DNA of 64,000 nt from assembly GCA_944392315.1 (NCBI GenBank), contig CALXWH010000008.1, forward strand, positions 8,549 through 72,548. Reading direction: 5' to 3'. A program made the translations under genes and the position numbers. The notes beneath the pieces were generated by a model. That model did not search any database, was not told the origin of the DNA, and worked only from the letters and a program-made list of their open reading frames with translations. Within the stretch, counting starts at the first letter, position 1. Every line of letters begins with the position of its first letter. Shown here one piece after another: positions 55,284 through 63,943 of the stretch. The stretch is from an uncultured Alphaproteobacteria bacterium (GTDB taxonomy: Bacteria; Pseudomonadota; Alphaproteobacteria; RF32; CAG-239).

Positions 55284-56579
55284 TTATTGTTTTAGTGTTT
55301 TCTGGGTTTCTAAAGCTTGTACCTTTATGGCGGATACAGGGCAAACTGCTTGGCACGCTCCGCATCCGATACATTTATCTGCATCAACTTTGGGGAAATC
55401 ACCTTGTTCTTTGGTAATTGCTGAGCGAGGACATTCCATGACGCACAATCCACATTGTATGCACGAATCGATGTTGATGGTAGCTAGACCGATTTGGGTA
55501 TGTCGTTTTTCTTTTAGCGTCAGCCTTTGTATAGCTCCACTGGGGCATACTTCTGAACATTTATGGCAATTGTAATCGCAAAAACTTTTTTGATATTTTA
55601 TATGCACAACCGGAAATTCTTCATCAGCTTTTTGAATGATTTTCATGGGGCAATTTGCAACACATAGATTGCAATTTAAACATTTATTGGCAAAGTCTTT
55701 GGTGTTTCCGGCTCCGGGAGGAAGTAAAACGTTTTTTAGCTTTTTTACGACATTGTCACCAAGTTTGACACCACTTTTGTAAGCTACGGCTAAAACGGCT
55801 AATGCTCCGGCTCCGATGAGAAAGCGACGACGTCCAAAATTTAGCGAAGTGTTTGATTTTTGTGATTTTTCTCTTTTATATGAAATACCGCCATTATGGC
55901 AAAGGGTTAGGCAACGAAAGCATTTTATGCATGTTTCATTGTTTATTGTTTTGTTTTTGAAATCAATACAGCCCGAAGGACATTTTTGGGTGCATAAACC
56001 GCAGGCAACGCAGGAATCCTTGTCAATTTGAAGCTTATAAATGGAATGACGAGCTATTAGGCCGAGGAGTGTACCAACTGGGCAAATATTGGTGCAGAAA
56101 TATCTCCCTTTAAACCATGTTAAAAGAGCTATAATTACGATAATTGTTATGCCATAGGTTGTTCCGCTGATGGCTGATCCGAAAATAGAGTATGGATCAA
56201 TTAAGCGCATAAAATATGCTGTTCCGCCCAGAAGAGTACCAAAAGCTATGGCAGCTATGAAATATTTGATTGAAGAGCTCTTTTGTGTGGGGAGTTTCTT
56301 GCGGTGGAAAATGAGTAGGTATAATTCTTGCAGGAGGCCCAGAGGACATATTGTTGAGCAGTATATTCTTCCGAATAGCAGTGTTAGAAGCAGAAGAAAA
56401 GCAATTAGTATTCCGGAGAATATTGTGAAACTTGTTATGGAGCTCTGAATTAAAGGGGCTATGTTTAAATCAAATATCTTTATTGGGTAAAATAATCCTA
56501 ATAGTCCCCCAATGCATAGCGTTGCTACTATGAGTGCGAGTGCTATTCGTGTTTTTTGAAGTGTTTTGGCTTTTAGCAT
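55284..56579 (-). CDS. membrane polyferredoxin: NapH-like 4-TM module + cytoplasmic 4Fe-4S motifs + internal twin-arginine helix + NapG-like 4Fe-4S domain
   Basis: GRIYCSTICPLG and GRYFCTNICPVG (NapH/MauN CxxxCP motifs); CVACGLCTQKCP; internal GRRRFLIGAGALAVLAVA; LLPPGAGNTKDFANKCLNCNLCVANCP (NapG-like); then CHKCSEVCP, CIQCGLCVMECP, CIGCGACQAVCP. Confidence 0.7.
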   Translation of the reverse strand: MLKAKTLQKTRIALALIVATLCIGGLLGLFYPIKIFDLNIAPLIQSSITSFTIFSGILIAFLLLLTLLFGRIYCSTICPLGLLQELYLLIFHRKKLPTQKSSSIKYFIAAIAFGTLLGGTAYFMRLIDPYSIFGSAISGTTYGITIIVIIALLTWFKGRYFCTNICPVGTLLGLIARHSIYKLQIDKDSCVACGLCTQKCPSGCIDFKNKTINNETCIKCFRCLTLCHNGGISYKREKSQKSNTSLNFGRRRFLIGAGALAVLAVAYKSGVKLGDNVVKKLKNVLLPPGAGNTKDFANKCLNCNLCVANCPMKIIQKADEEFPVVHIKYQKSFCDYNCHKCSEVCPSGAIQRLTLKEKRHTQIGLATINIDSCIQCGLCVMECPRSAITKEQGDFPKVDADKCIGCGACQAVCPVSAIKVQALETQKTLKQ

Positions 56580-56663
56580 CTTGTTTCCCTCTTCATATTT
56601 ATCTTAAGAGTACTGGGGTAGATGTTTTTTATCAAGAATTTTTCTTGGTTATTAGCTTTTATT

Positions 56664-56696
56664 TCAAAAAGAAGCAGGTTTTTGCACCTGCTTCTT
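56664..56696 (-). terminator. intrinsic terminator downstream of the cupin-flavoprotein operon
   Basis: gaagcaggt-ttttgc-acctgcttc hairpin. On the minus strand it is followed by T5. Confidence 0.8.
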
Positions 56697-56710
56697 GTGA
56701 GGTTATAGAT

Positions 56711-57250
56711 TTAAGCTTTTTTTCCCATTTCATAAGCTTCTTTGAGGGCAGGACTGCCCTTGATATCGCCCATTTGCCAAGCACCTATTCCGTAGATGAC
56801 GCCTTTTTCTTTGGTCCCTTCTAAGCAATCTTCCGTGAAGCCACGGAAACTTTCTAGTACTCGCTGCATGTTTTGGCGGCTGTTATCAGCTGCTGCTAAG
56901 ATAAAATAAAAATCTTTGTTTTTGATTTCTTCATATCTTGGTACTGTACGGTCTATCAGGGTTTTCATTTGCCCATTCATATTATAAAAGTACACAGGTG
57001 TTGCCATGACGATGACGTCGGCTTTTACCATTTTATCTAAAATTTTTTCCATATCGTCTTTTTGCACGCATTTGTGTGTGGTGTTGCATACGCCGCAACC
57101 GCGGCAAAAGTTGATTTTATAATCATTTAAGTGTATCTTTTCTACAGTATTTTCCGATTCAAGAGCTCCTTTTATGAATTCATCGCATAAGGTATCCGAA
57201 TTTCCTCCTTTGCGAAAACTTGCAGATAGAACTAAAATGTTTTTGCTCAT
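56711..57250 (-). CDS. iron-sulfur flavoprotein (Isf)-like NAD(P)H-dependent FMN reductase family protein
   Basis: ILVLSASFRKGGNSDTL flavodoxin-like loop and a compact Cys motif, CRGCGVCNTTHKC (Cx2Cx2Cx5C), characteristic of Isf proteins. Confidence 0.7.
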   Translation of the reverse strand: MSKNILVLSASFRKGGNSDTLCDEFIKGALESENTVEKIHLNDYKINFCRGCGVCNTTHKCVQKDDMEKILDKMVKADVIVMATPVYFYNMNGQMKTLIDRTVPRYEEIKNKDFYFILAAADNSRQNMQRVLESFRGFTEDCLEGTKEKGVIYGIGAWQMGDIKGSPALKEAYEMGKKA

Positions 57251-57729
57251 TATTTGTACTCCTCATCTGTTACGGGTTCTTGCCATGTGGTGGTATTGTT
57301 TGGAACGTTGGTTTCTATGGAAATATGCGTAAACCATGAATCTGGTGCAGCACCGTGCCAGTGTTTGACGTTTGGTGCTATTCTTACAATATCTCCTTTA
57401 TGTAAAATGCGGAGCTCTCCATTTTGCTCTTGGTAGCGTCCTTCACCGTTGAGTACGAGAAGGATTTGTCCGCCGCTGTGGCTGTGCCAATTGGTTCTAG
57501 CTCCCGGTTCAAAAGTGACATTGCCTATCGGGGCGTTGAAAATATCGTCTTTTTCGCTTAGCATATTTAAATAGGTTTGTCCGGTGAAAAATTTTCCATA
57601 GGGATTTTTTTCACCTTGTGCAAAAATTGTGTCTATGGGGGCTTTAGTCATTTCAGATGCTCCTAAAGTTGGTGTTGAAATCGTTAGCATAATTGCACTT
57701 AGATATAGGGTTAAGTTTTTACATTTCAT
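57250..57729 (-). CDS. exported cupin domain protein
   Basis: Signal peptide (MKCKNLTLYLSAIMLTISTPTLGA) from ATG 57729, which lies 8 nt after GGAG. Cupin core VTFEPGARTNWHSHSGGQILLV..GDIVRIAPNVKHWHGA. Confidence 0.75.
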   Translation of the reverse strand: MKCKNLTLYLSAIMLTISTPTLGASEMTKAPIDTIFAQGEKNPYGKFFTGQTYLNMLSEKDDIFNAPIGNVTFEPGARTNWHSHSGGQILLVLNGEGRYQEQNGELRILHKGDIVRIAPNVKHWHGAAPDSWFTHISIETNVPNNTTTWQEPVTDEEYK

Positions 57730-57773
57730 TAGTCTATCTCCAATCAAGGTTAGTTCGACTCGTTTCGTTATTA

Positions 57774-57804
57774 ATGATAATTGTTAGAGCTTACTCTAAG
57801 TCAA
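57774..57804 (-). promoter_or_regulatory. MerR-type promoter with operator palindrome (site 2)
   Basis: The minus strand reads TTGACT-tagagtaagctctaacaat-TATCAT with a 19-nt spacer. Palindrome TTAGAGCTTACTCTAA at 57784-57799. The flanking GTCAAGrGCyTTTT is shared with site 1. Confidence 0.65.
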
Positions 57805-57837
57805 GGGCCTTTTATAATTTGTAGAAAAATTATACAC

Positions 57838-57853
57838 TTAGAGCCTACTCTAA
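57838..57853. promoter_or_regulatory. third copy of the operator palindrome, just upstream of the putative merR promoter
   Basis: TTAGAGCCTACTCTAA lies 54 bp, centre to centre, from site 2. A candidate merR promoter, TTGACA (57868-57873) N16 TATGTT, follows. Confidence 0.55.
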
Positions 57854-57918
57854 GGTTTGCTTTGAGTTGACAATGTTTTTGTTTGTTGTATGTTTTTTGT
57901 AAAAAAAAGGAGCGAAAA

Positions 57919-58350
57919 ATGCGATATTCAATAGGACAAGTTGCTAAAAAATTAGGTCTGACAACTCATACAATTCGTTATTATGATAAAGAGGGATTGT
58001 TGCCTTTTATTAGAAAAGGCTCATCCGGAGCACGTGTGTTTGAAGAAGACGACGTGGATTGGTTGATTATTGTTGAATGCTTAAAAAGGACAGGTATGCC
58101 TCTAAAGGAGATTAAAAAGTATATTCAACTTTGTCAGCAGGGTGATGAAACATTGCAGACTCGTTTTGAGATGTTTCAGAAGCAAAAAGTTAAAATTGAA
58201 GAACAAATGTCTACTTTGCAAAAGTATATGGAGAAAATTAATTTTAAAATCGCGTATTATGGTGATGCTGTTAAACATGGTACAGATGATATATACACAC
58301 GTAATAAATGGTTGGCGGCAGAAAGAGAAAGGCTGTTTGGGCATAAATAA
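57919..58350 (+). CDS. MerR family transcriptional regulator
   Basis: MRYSIGQVAKKLGLTTHTIRYYDKEGLLPF HTH and a coiled-coil dimerisation helix. AAGGAG lies upstream of the ATG at 57919; the ORF opens at 57883. Confidence 0.9.
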   Translation: MRYSIGQVAKKLGLTTHTIRYYDKEGLLPFIRKGSSGARVFEEDDVDWLIIVECLKRTGMPLKEIKKYIQLCQQGDETLQTRFEMFQKQKVKIEEQMSTLQKYMEKINFKIAYYGDAVKHGTDDIYTRNKWLAAERERLFGHK

Positions 58351-58351
58351 C

Positions 58352-58633
58352 TTAAATAATCCCTTTTATGGCATCAAAAATAGGGGTAGATTGTTGTTTC
58401 TCTTTGTTATTTTTTATTAATAGTTGATAAAAGTAAATTAAGGAAAATAAACGTACGGAACAGGTAAGTCCTAGCTGTGCGTTTTTGCGTGTACTTATTA
58501 AATTTATTAAAGTGTTACGCTTGATGTTTTCTCTTTTGCAGATGTTATCAATTGCATCCCACTCTGCAGCAGCCAATCGCATACTGGTTTTATGGTGATT
58601 GATAAAGATTACTTTGCTTAATAATTGGGTCAT
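58352..58633 (-). CDS. ribbon-helix-helix protein, RHH_4-type (paralogue A)
   Basis: 93 aa. HHKTSMRLAAAEWDAIDNICKRENIKRNTLINLI..LTCSVRLFSLIYF fits the pattern TS-hydrophobic-R-L-E-x2-hydrophobic-W-x-A-L of the alphaproteobacterial RHH_4 family. Confidence 0.65.
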   Translation of the reverse strand: MTQLLSKVIFINHHKTSMRLAAAEWDAIDNICKRENIKRNTLINLISTRKNAQLGLTCSVRLFSLIYFYQLLIKNNKEKQQSTPIFDAIKGII

Positions 58634-58791
58634 ATATATCTCCTGTTTAAACTTTTTATCTAGTATATAGTATATTTTTATTAATATTCAATTTATATTT
58701 GTATTTTTTTATTATGAAATGAAAGTTTCTTGCTAATATAAAATTAATTTTTTTTTATCATTATAATCTTGAAGTTTCTTAGAGGTGGGCT

Positions 58792-60240
58792 ATGTTTAGG
58801 AAAATTTTGTGTTGTGTATTTGTGTTAATATGTTTTGCTGGTGACGGAGTTGCACAGTATGCCAGATCCGGATGGTTTGTTGTGGATGATGTCAATGATA
58901 GTCTTGTGCAGAAACAGGAAAAAATGGCAGAAGATGGAGAAAAAAATTCAGTAAAACCTTATAAGCGTTCTGTTCAACAAAATCGGCAGAAAACATTAAG
59001 AAAACAGCAGTCTCATGCTCAACAGGAAAAAATAAATCGCAAAGGTTTCTCTTTGAGTAAAAGTGAGCTTAAACTTGCTTCTTTGTTATTAAAAAAGGAG
59101 TATCAGATTAGTAAAGGGAAAAATTTTGTGATTGCCCCTTTGTCCTTTTACGCAACAGCGGTCTTATTGGCAAACGGAGTGGTTGATTCTGGTTTGTTAG
59201 AGTTTTCTAAACTGTTTTCTATTTTTCGCTTAGTGGATGTTGATACCACATTAAAATCTTATTTAACTTCAAAAAATAAGTCTCTTGAATGGAATATTTC
59301 ACTTTGGGGGAATATTTTCAGCCAAAGATATCGGACAATGATTGGTGATATTTTGGGGGCTGAGACTTGGAGTATGCAAGGAAGTACAGATGTTCTTAAT
59401 TCATGGATAAGAGAAAAGACAAATAAAGTAATTGATGAGATAATAGTTTCTCGCCCTGTTAATGATGATGAATTGTATGTTGTTTCATCATTGGGGTTTT
59501 ATCAAAATTGGCAATACGCTTTTGATGAGAAATTAACAAAGGAGAAAATTTTTTATACGGCTACAGGTGAAGAGACTGTTGTTAATATGATGTATCAACA
59601 TGGTACGTTTGAATATTTTGAGAACGATTTTATGCAGGTGGTTCGTCTGTTTTTTAGTTCAGGAGATTACATTACTTTTTATCTTCCAAGAGAAAATGCA
59701 GATTTTGATAAATTTGTAGCGAATTTTGAAGATTATAAAATGATGCCGGAAATGTATCCTACTGAAATGGATTTATTTATTCCGAGATTCCAACTTTCAT
59801 ATAATTGGAAAAATGTTAAAGATGTTTTTGAGGGCTTTGGTATTGCAGAAATATTTTCTTCAACATATAATTTTGCAAAAATGATAAATTATGATGTTTC
59901 TGCACAGGTTTCAGATATTCTTCTTAATACTAGATTACAAATTGATGAAGGTGCTACGTTGGAAGAAACGAAAGTAGACAATGGTGATAATGCAAAGAAG
60001 CAAATAACAACTGTTGCTGCGATGTTTAATGCAAATAGACCTTTTGTGTTCATGCTTAATAAAGGGGATATGATTGGTGTGATTACGGCTGGGAATAAAA
60101 TATCCCAAGAAATATTGGAAAATAAGAATTCTGAGATGGTGGGAGAGGTTGTTGTCAGAGAGCGTAAAAATGGTTCTCCTGAATGGTATGAGGATAAAAA
60201 TCAGCAAGGTGATTTTATTCTTAAAAATAAATTAAGATAG
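58792..60240 (+). CDS. secreted serpin-family protein with N- and C-terminal extensions
   Basis: Signal peptide, then KNFVIAPLSFYATAVLLANG (serpin helix A/s6B-like N-terminal motif) and a C-terminal FNANRPFVFML..GVITAG serpin signature. The hinge reads DEGATLEETKV. Confidence 0.8.
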   Translation: MFRKILCCVFVLICFAGDGVAQYARSGWFVVDDVNDSLVQKQEKMAEDGEKNSVKPYKRSVQQNRQKTLRKQQSHAQQEKINRKGFSLSKSELKLASLLLKKEYQISKGKNFVIAPLSFYATAVLLANGVVDSGLLEFSKLFSIFRLVDVDTTLKSYLTSKNKSLEWNISLWGNIFSQRYRTMIGDILGAETWSMQGSTDVLNSWIREKTNKVIDEIIVSRPVNDDELYVVSSLGFYQNWQYAFDEKLTKEKIFYTATGEETVVNMMYQHGTFEYFENDFMQVVRLFFSSGDYITFYLPRENADFDKFVANFEDYKMMPEMYPTEMDLFIPRFQLSYNWKNVKDVFEGFGIAEIFSSTYNFAKMINYDVSAQVSDILLNTRLQIDEGATLEETKVDNGDNAKKQITTVAAMFNANRPFVFMLNKGDMIGVITAGNKISQEILENKNSEMVGEVVVRERKNGSPEWYEDKNQQGDFILKNKLR

Positions 60241-60287
60241 AAAAACTTTCTTAAAAACGTATCGTCGTTGATGAATTGTACTTGGTT

Positions 60288-60566
60288 TTAAGCTAATCCT
60301 TTCAGTGTTTCGTATATGAGAGACATTCGTTCTGCTTTTTGTGGTTGTTTTAGCGCTGTTCTGCAATAAACTAGTGCAAACAGACGAACGGTGGATGTTA
60401 AGCCCATTTTTGCATCTCTGTTGGCATCAATGACTTCAAATAGGCTTTTTCTTTTTATCTTTTCTCGCTCACAAATGGTATCTAGTGCTTTCCATTCTGC
60501 TGGAGCAAGTCGTATACTTGTTTTGCGGTTATATATTGAAATAACTCGGTTTGATAGTGAGGCCAT
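60288..60566 (-). CDS. ribbon-helix-helix protein, RHH_4-type (paralogue B)
   Basis: 92 aa. NRKTSIRLAPAEWKALDTICEREKIKRKSLFEVI..LTSTVRLFALVY. Clearly paralogous to 58352..58633. Confidence 0.65.
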   Translation of the reverse strand: MASLSNRVISIYNRKTSIRLAPAEWKALDTICEREKIKRKSLFEVIDANRDAKMGLTSTVRLFALVYCRTALKQPQKAERMSLIYETLKGLA

Positions 60567-60724
60567 GATTTCTCCTTTGTTTTATGTGTATAGATATATT
60601 AAAGTCTAATTTGATTTTATGCAACTAATATTTGTAATATTTTATTTTTTTTCTAAAAAGTTGTTGAATATATAAGTGTTCGCTTCTAAAATAGTACGCG
60701 AAAAGGTTGAAAACGGAGATATTT

Positions 60725-61159
60725 ATGATATACGGACGTGATATTTTAGTTTTTAGAAGAGTAGTCAGAGAGATTCAAGATGAGTGTGTGCAACTGTTTT
60801 GGAATAATGCAGATGATCCTTTGGCTGGTGTTTTTGAAAATATTTGTCATTGGTGTCTAAATCAACTTGCAGTTATTACTGAATCTGGAGTAGAAAATTA
60901 TCTGTTTAGTACGGCCAAAATAGATAATTTGAATAAAATTATTTATGAGGCATATTATTCGCCGTGGGTGTATTTTGATGGATATCTTGAGGTTGATGAT
61001 TTTATTCAATCTTGTGATGATAGTTCGTATCAAAATCAAAAGCCACAAGTTCCGAGTTTGCAGATTTTTTATCAGATTTTATCTATCTTAAAACAAGAGG
61101 AGACGGCTCTTCAAATTAAGGAAGAGGTTAATGCTTTGTTTTATGAAGATATTTGTTAA
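60725..61159 (+). CDS. hypothetical acidic cytoplasmic protein
   Basis: 144 aa from ATG 60725, which lies 7 nt after GGAG; the ORF opens at 60707. No recognisable motif. Confidence 0.4.
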   Translation: MIYGRDILVFRRVVREIQDECVQLFWNNADDPLAGVFENICHWCLNQLAVITESGVENYLFSTAKIDNLNKIIYEAYYSPWVYFDGYLEVDDFIQSCDDSSYQNQKPQVPSLQIFYQILSILKQEETALQIKEEVNALFYEDIC

Positions 61160-61177
61160 TCTCCTGTAAGCCTTATA

Positions 61178-62149
61178 TTATAATTTAGAAATTGTTTCAG
61201 CTATCTCTTTGGCGGTATTTAAAAGAGGTGGCTTTATCGCATTTGTTGTGTGCATTGTTTGCTCAAGGTCAAAAGCATATCCACTCTCAAAAAGAGAACG
61301 TACAAAGCGTAAGTGCTTTGGGGTAAGCCAGTTTGTGCCGATGAAAATGCGTAAATCTTTTTCTGTTGCCGTGGCTTCGCTGCACATTGAGACAGAATCT
61401 CCGGTGACAACTAAATTATCGGCACAGGCCAAAAATCCCAAATATGGGTTTTTATCTTTGCTTCCCCATAAATAGGCATAATGCGGATATTTTTCTAAAT
61501 ATGACATTATCTTTTTTTCTGCTTCAGCTCCTGTGCGGCGTGATGTCGTAATAAGCAAAGAGCCACCTTCTTGCTCTTTTAGGTTAGCAACGGCTTTAGC
61601 CAAGGCTTCTGCATTTTCTATGCTGAAAGGTTTCTTTTTTATTGCCCCCCCGATGATAAGAGCTGTTATCGGGTGTGGTAAGTTTGCAAATAGGGGACTC
61701 CATTCTTGGTAGGCCTCATGTAGCTTTTCTTTGGTTACAAAATGGGGACATCCAATTGTGTAATGGATATTCGGAGTTTGAATTTTGTTTTTATCATGCT
61801 CAGGTGTGAAAACTAAATCAAACTCTTTAAGACCAGTTCGTCCAATGTGCCCTAGTTGTACTAATTTTGTATTGGGGTGTTGCTTTTTTATGTAGCGTGC
61901 GATTGGAGCTGTTCTTCTGGTTGATGAAAGTACAATGTCCGGATAGGGGACACTAATTTCTGTTTTTGATTGATGGGTTAGGCCAAGTAAAGTTTTGCCA
62001 CGGATAAAATTAGGTAAGCCTGCTAACTTTGTGTATTCTAATTCTTTATATATAACATTTATATTTGAGGGGTTAAGGTAGTTTGCAATTCCTTCTGCCT
62101 GATGACGGCTTCCGGCACGGTTATCTAACAGAATCCATATACTTTTCAT
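61178..62149 (-). CDS. ELM1/DUF1022 family protein (mitochondrial-fission-ELM1-like, GT-B-like fold)
   Basis: 323 aa. MKSIWILLDNRAGSRHQAEGIANYL N-terminus, typical of the alphaproteobacterial DUF1022 family. Confidence 0.65.
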   Translation of the reverse strand: MKSIWILLDNRAGSRHQAEGIANYLNPSNINVIYKELEYTKLAGLPNFIRGKTLLGLTHQSKTEISVPYPDIVLSSTRRTAPIARYIKKQHPNTKLVQLGHIGRTGLKEFDLVFTPEHDKNKIQTPNIHYTIGCPHFVTKEKLHEAYQEWSPLFANLPHPITALIIGGAIKKKPFSIENAEALAKAVANLKEQEGGSLLITTSRRTGAEAEKKIMSYLEKYPHYAYLWGSKDKNPYLGFLACADNLVVTGDSVSMCSEATATEKDLRIFIGTNWLTPKHLRFVRSLFESGYAFDLEQTMHTTNAIKPPLLNTAKEIAETISKL

Positions 62150-62245
62150 GAGCCTGACTTTTAAAATGAAATCAAATCTTTATCTTTTGTTAAGTTATAT
62201 ATGATATGGATATATTTGCAAGAAGAATTTTGAGAGTATACGAAA

Positions 62246-62551
62246 ATGTTTAAGAGTTTAATTTTGACAGCAATTTTTACGGTTTCTTTGGGGGTTTCCG
62301 CGCATGCACAGGTTGCTGCATTAAATGAGGCTAAATATATTACTACCCTAAAAGTAGTTGCTGATCATAAAATGAAAGATGCTGATTTGGTTTCGGATAT
62401 TGATAAGTTGCGGCAAAATAAAAATTTTAATAGAGATTTGGTTCAGATGTTGGCTAAATTGGATAATGATAAGCCAAATAGTGCTAAAAACTTGAAAATT
62501 AAAAGAATTTTGGAGAGAACAGGTAAGGAAATTTATAACGAACTTAAATAA
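62246..62551 (+). CDS. small secreted hypothetical protein
   Basis: 101 aa. Signal peptide ending in AHA|QV, followed by Lys-rich helical sequence. Confidence 0.4.
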   Translation: MFKSLILTAIFTVSLGVSAHAQVAALNEAKYITTLKVVADHKMKDADLVSDIDKLRQNKNFNRDLVQMLAKLDNDKPNSAKNLKIKRILERTGKEIYNELK

Positions 62552-62567
62552 GGGAAGGTGGAAAGTT

Positions 62568-62957
62568 ATGAAAAAAATTGTGTGTGTGTTTGCTTTGCTG
62601 ATGGGCGCATGTACGACGGAATATATTTTGATGGATGAAAGCGCTAATCCTGTTGAGGAAGGATATTATACTCAATTGGATGGCGAAAAATCATCTTTTG
62701 ATGAAAATCTTGTCAGTCAGGATGTTTGGGCAGCATCAGAGCGGGAGCTTACGGCAAATGATGTTTTTGTTGTAGGTGAAGGAAGCGATTTTGTTACCTA
62801 TCAATATAAGAATGTTCGCGTAGATGAAATATCGCCATTGGCTTCTATGTATTGTGCAGATGTTGCTTATGGCGGCTCTCCATACTTAAGAGAAGTTACA
62901 ATGTATCATAATGGTTTTATGCGGGCAACGTTTGATTGCGTTAATCTTGCAATCTAA
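62568..62957 (+). CDS. hypothetical lipoprotein
   Basis: 129 aa. Lipobox LLMGAC. RBS ggaaggtgg. Confidence 0.5.
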   Translation: MKKIVCVFALLMGACTTEYILMDESANPVEEGYYTQLDGEKSSFDENLVSQDVWAASERELTANDVFVVGEGSDFVTYQYKNVRVDEISPLASMYCADVAYGGSPYLREVTMYHNGFMRATFDCVNLAI

Positions 62958-62998
62958 AAGCTTATTCCCTATATAGTATCAAAAGGGGATATGATGTT

Positions 62999-63943
62999 AT
63001 GGTAAAAAATCTTTATGATGTGTTAGGTGTAGCTAAAACGGCTACTGAGGCAGAAATTAAGTCTCAATATCGTAAATTGGCTCGTAAATATCATCCGGAT
63101 TTAAATAAAGATGATAAAAATGCTGCGGAGAAATTTAAAGAAGTTTCTGCCGCTTATGATATTTTGGGTGATAAAGATAAACGACAGAAGTACGATAACC
63201 ATGAAATAGACGAAGAAGGGAAACCGGCCGGATTTGGCGCGGGTGGCTTTAATCCCGGTGGTGGAACATATAGAACGTATTCTACAAATGGGTTTAATGG
63301 CGCTCAAGGCTTTAGTAGTTCGGGTGGTTTTGATTTTTCGTCACTATTTGGAGATGATATCTTTAGCCAATTTAGCAATGCCGGTGGAGCGGGGTTTGGC
63401 TCAACTGCCGGATTTAATACCAGAAGGGCTCAAAAAGGTCAGGATGTATCATACTCACTTGATGTAGACTTTTTGGATGCGGCTAAAGGTGCTGAAAAAT
63501 ATATTTCTATTAATGGAAAGAGATTAAGTGTTAAAATTCCTGCAGGTACGACAACAGGTCAAACATTGCGTCTTAAAGGACAGGGAATGCCTGGTATTAA
63601 CGGAGGGGCAGCCGGTGATGCTTTGATTACGTTAACAGTTGGGCAACATCCATATTTTAAAGCGGAAGGACGTGATATCCTTGTTGATTTGCCAATTTCT
63701 ATGAAAGAGGCTGTGTTGGGGGCTAAGGTTATTGTGCCTACGCTGAGCGGTAAGGTTAGTGTTAAAATTCCTCCGTATGCTTCAAGCGGTGAAAAATTGC
63801 GTTTGAAAGGTAAAGGGATTAAAACGGCTGATGGTGTAGGTGATGAAATTGTAAATTTAGCTATTATGGCGCCGAAAACTAAAGATGCTGCTTTGGAGGC
63901 GGCTCTTAACAATATGCCGGATGAGCCATTGAGGACGTTTTAA
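62999..63943 (+). CDS. DnaJ-class co-chaperone without zinc finger (CbpA-type)
   Basis: J domain [24 protein letters not shown], a G/F-rich region and two C-terminal beta domains. No CxxCxGxG repeats. Confidence 0.85.
   Translation: MVKNLYDVLGVAKTATEAEIKSQYRKLARKYHPDLNKDDKNAAEKFKEVSAAYDILGDKDKRQKYDNHEIDEEGKPAGFGAGGFNPGGGTYRTYSTNGFNGAQGFSSSGGFDFSSLFGDDIFSQFSNAGGAGFGSTAGFNTRRAQKGQDVSYSLDVDFLDAAKGAEKYISINGKRLSVKIPAGTTTGQTLRLKGQGMPGINGGAAGDALITLTVGQHPYFKAEGRDILVDLPISMKEAVLGAKVIVPTLSGKVSVKIPPYASSGEKLRLKGKGIKTADGVGDEIVNLAIMAPKTKDAALEAALNNMPDEPLRTF

Noticed and set aside
56600-56625. cttaagagtact sequence upstream of the polyferredoxin gene resembling a MerR operator half-site
   Set aside because: Only one imperfect half-site, with no palindromic partner and no 19-nt spacer promoter geometry.
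58748-58756. T9 homopolymer just upstream of a TATAAT (58762-58767) in the serpin promoter region, as a possible slipped-strand phase-variation tract
   Set aside because: No convincing -35 lies at a suitable distance, and the whole intergenic region is extremely AT-rich, so a T9 run is not surprising. It would need population sequencing to support.
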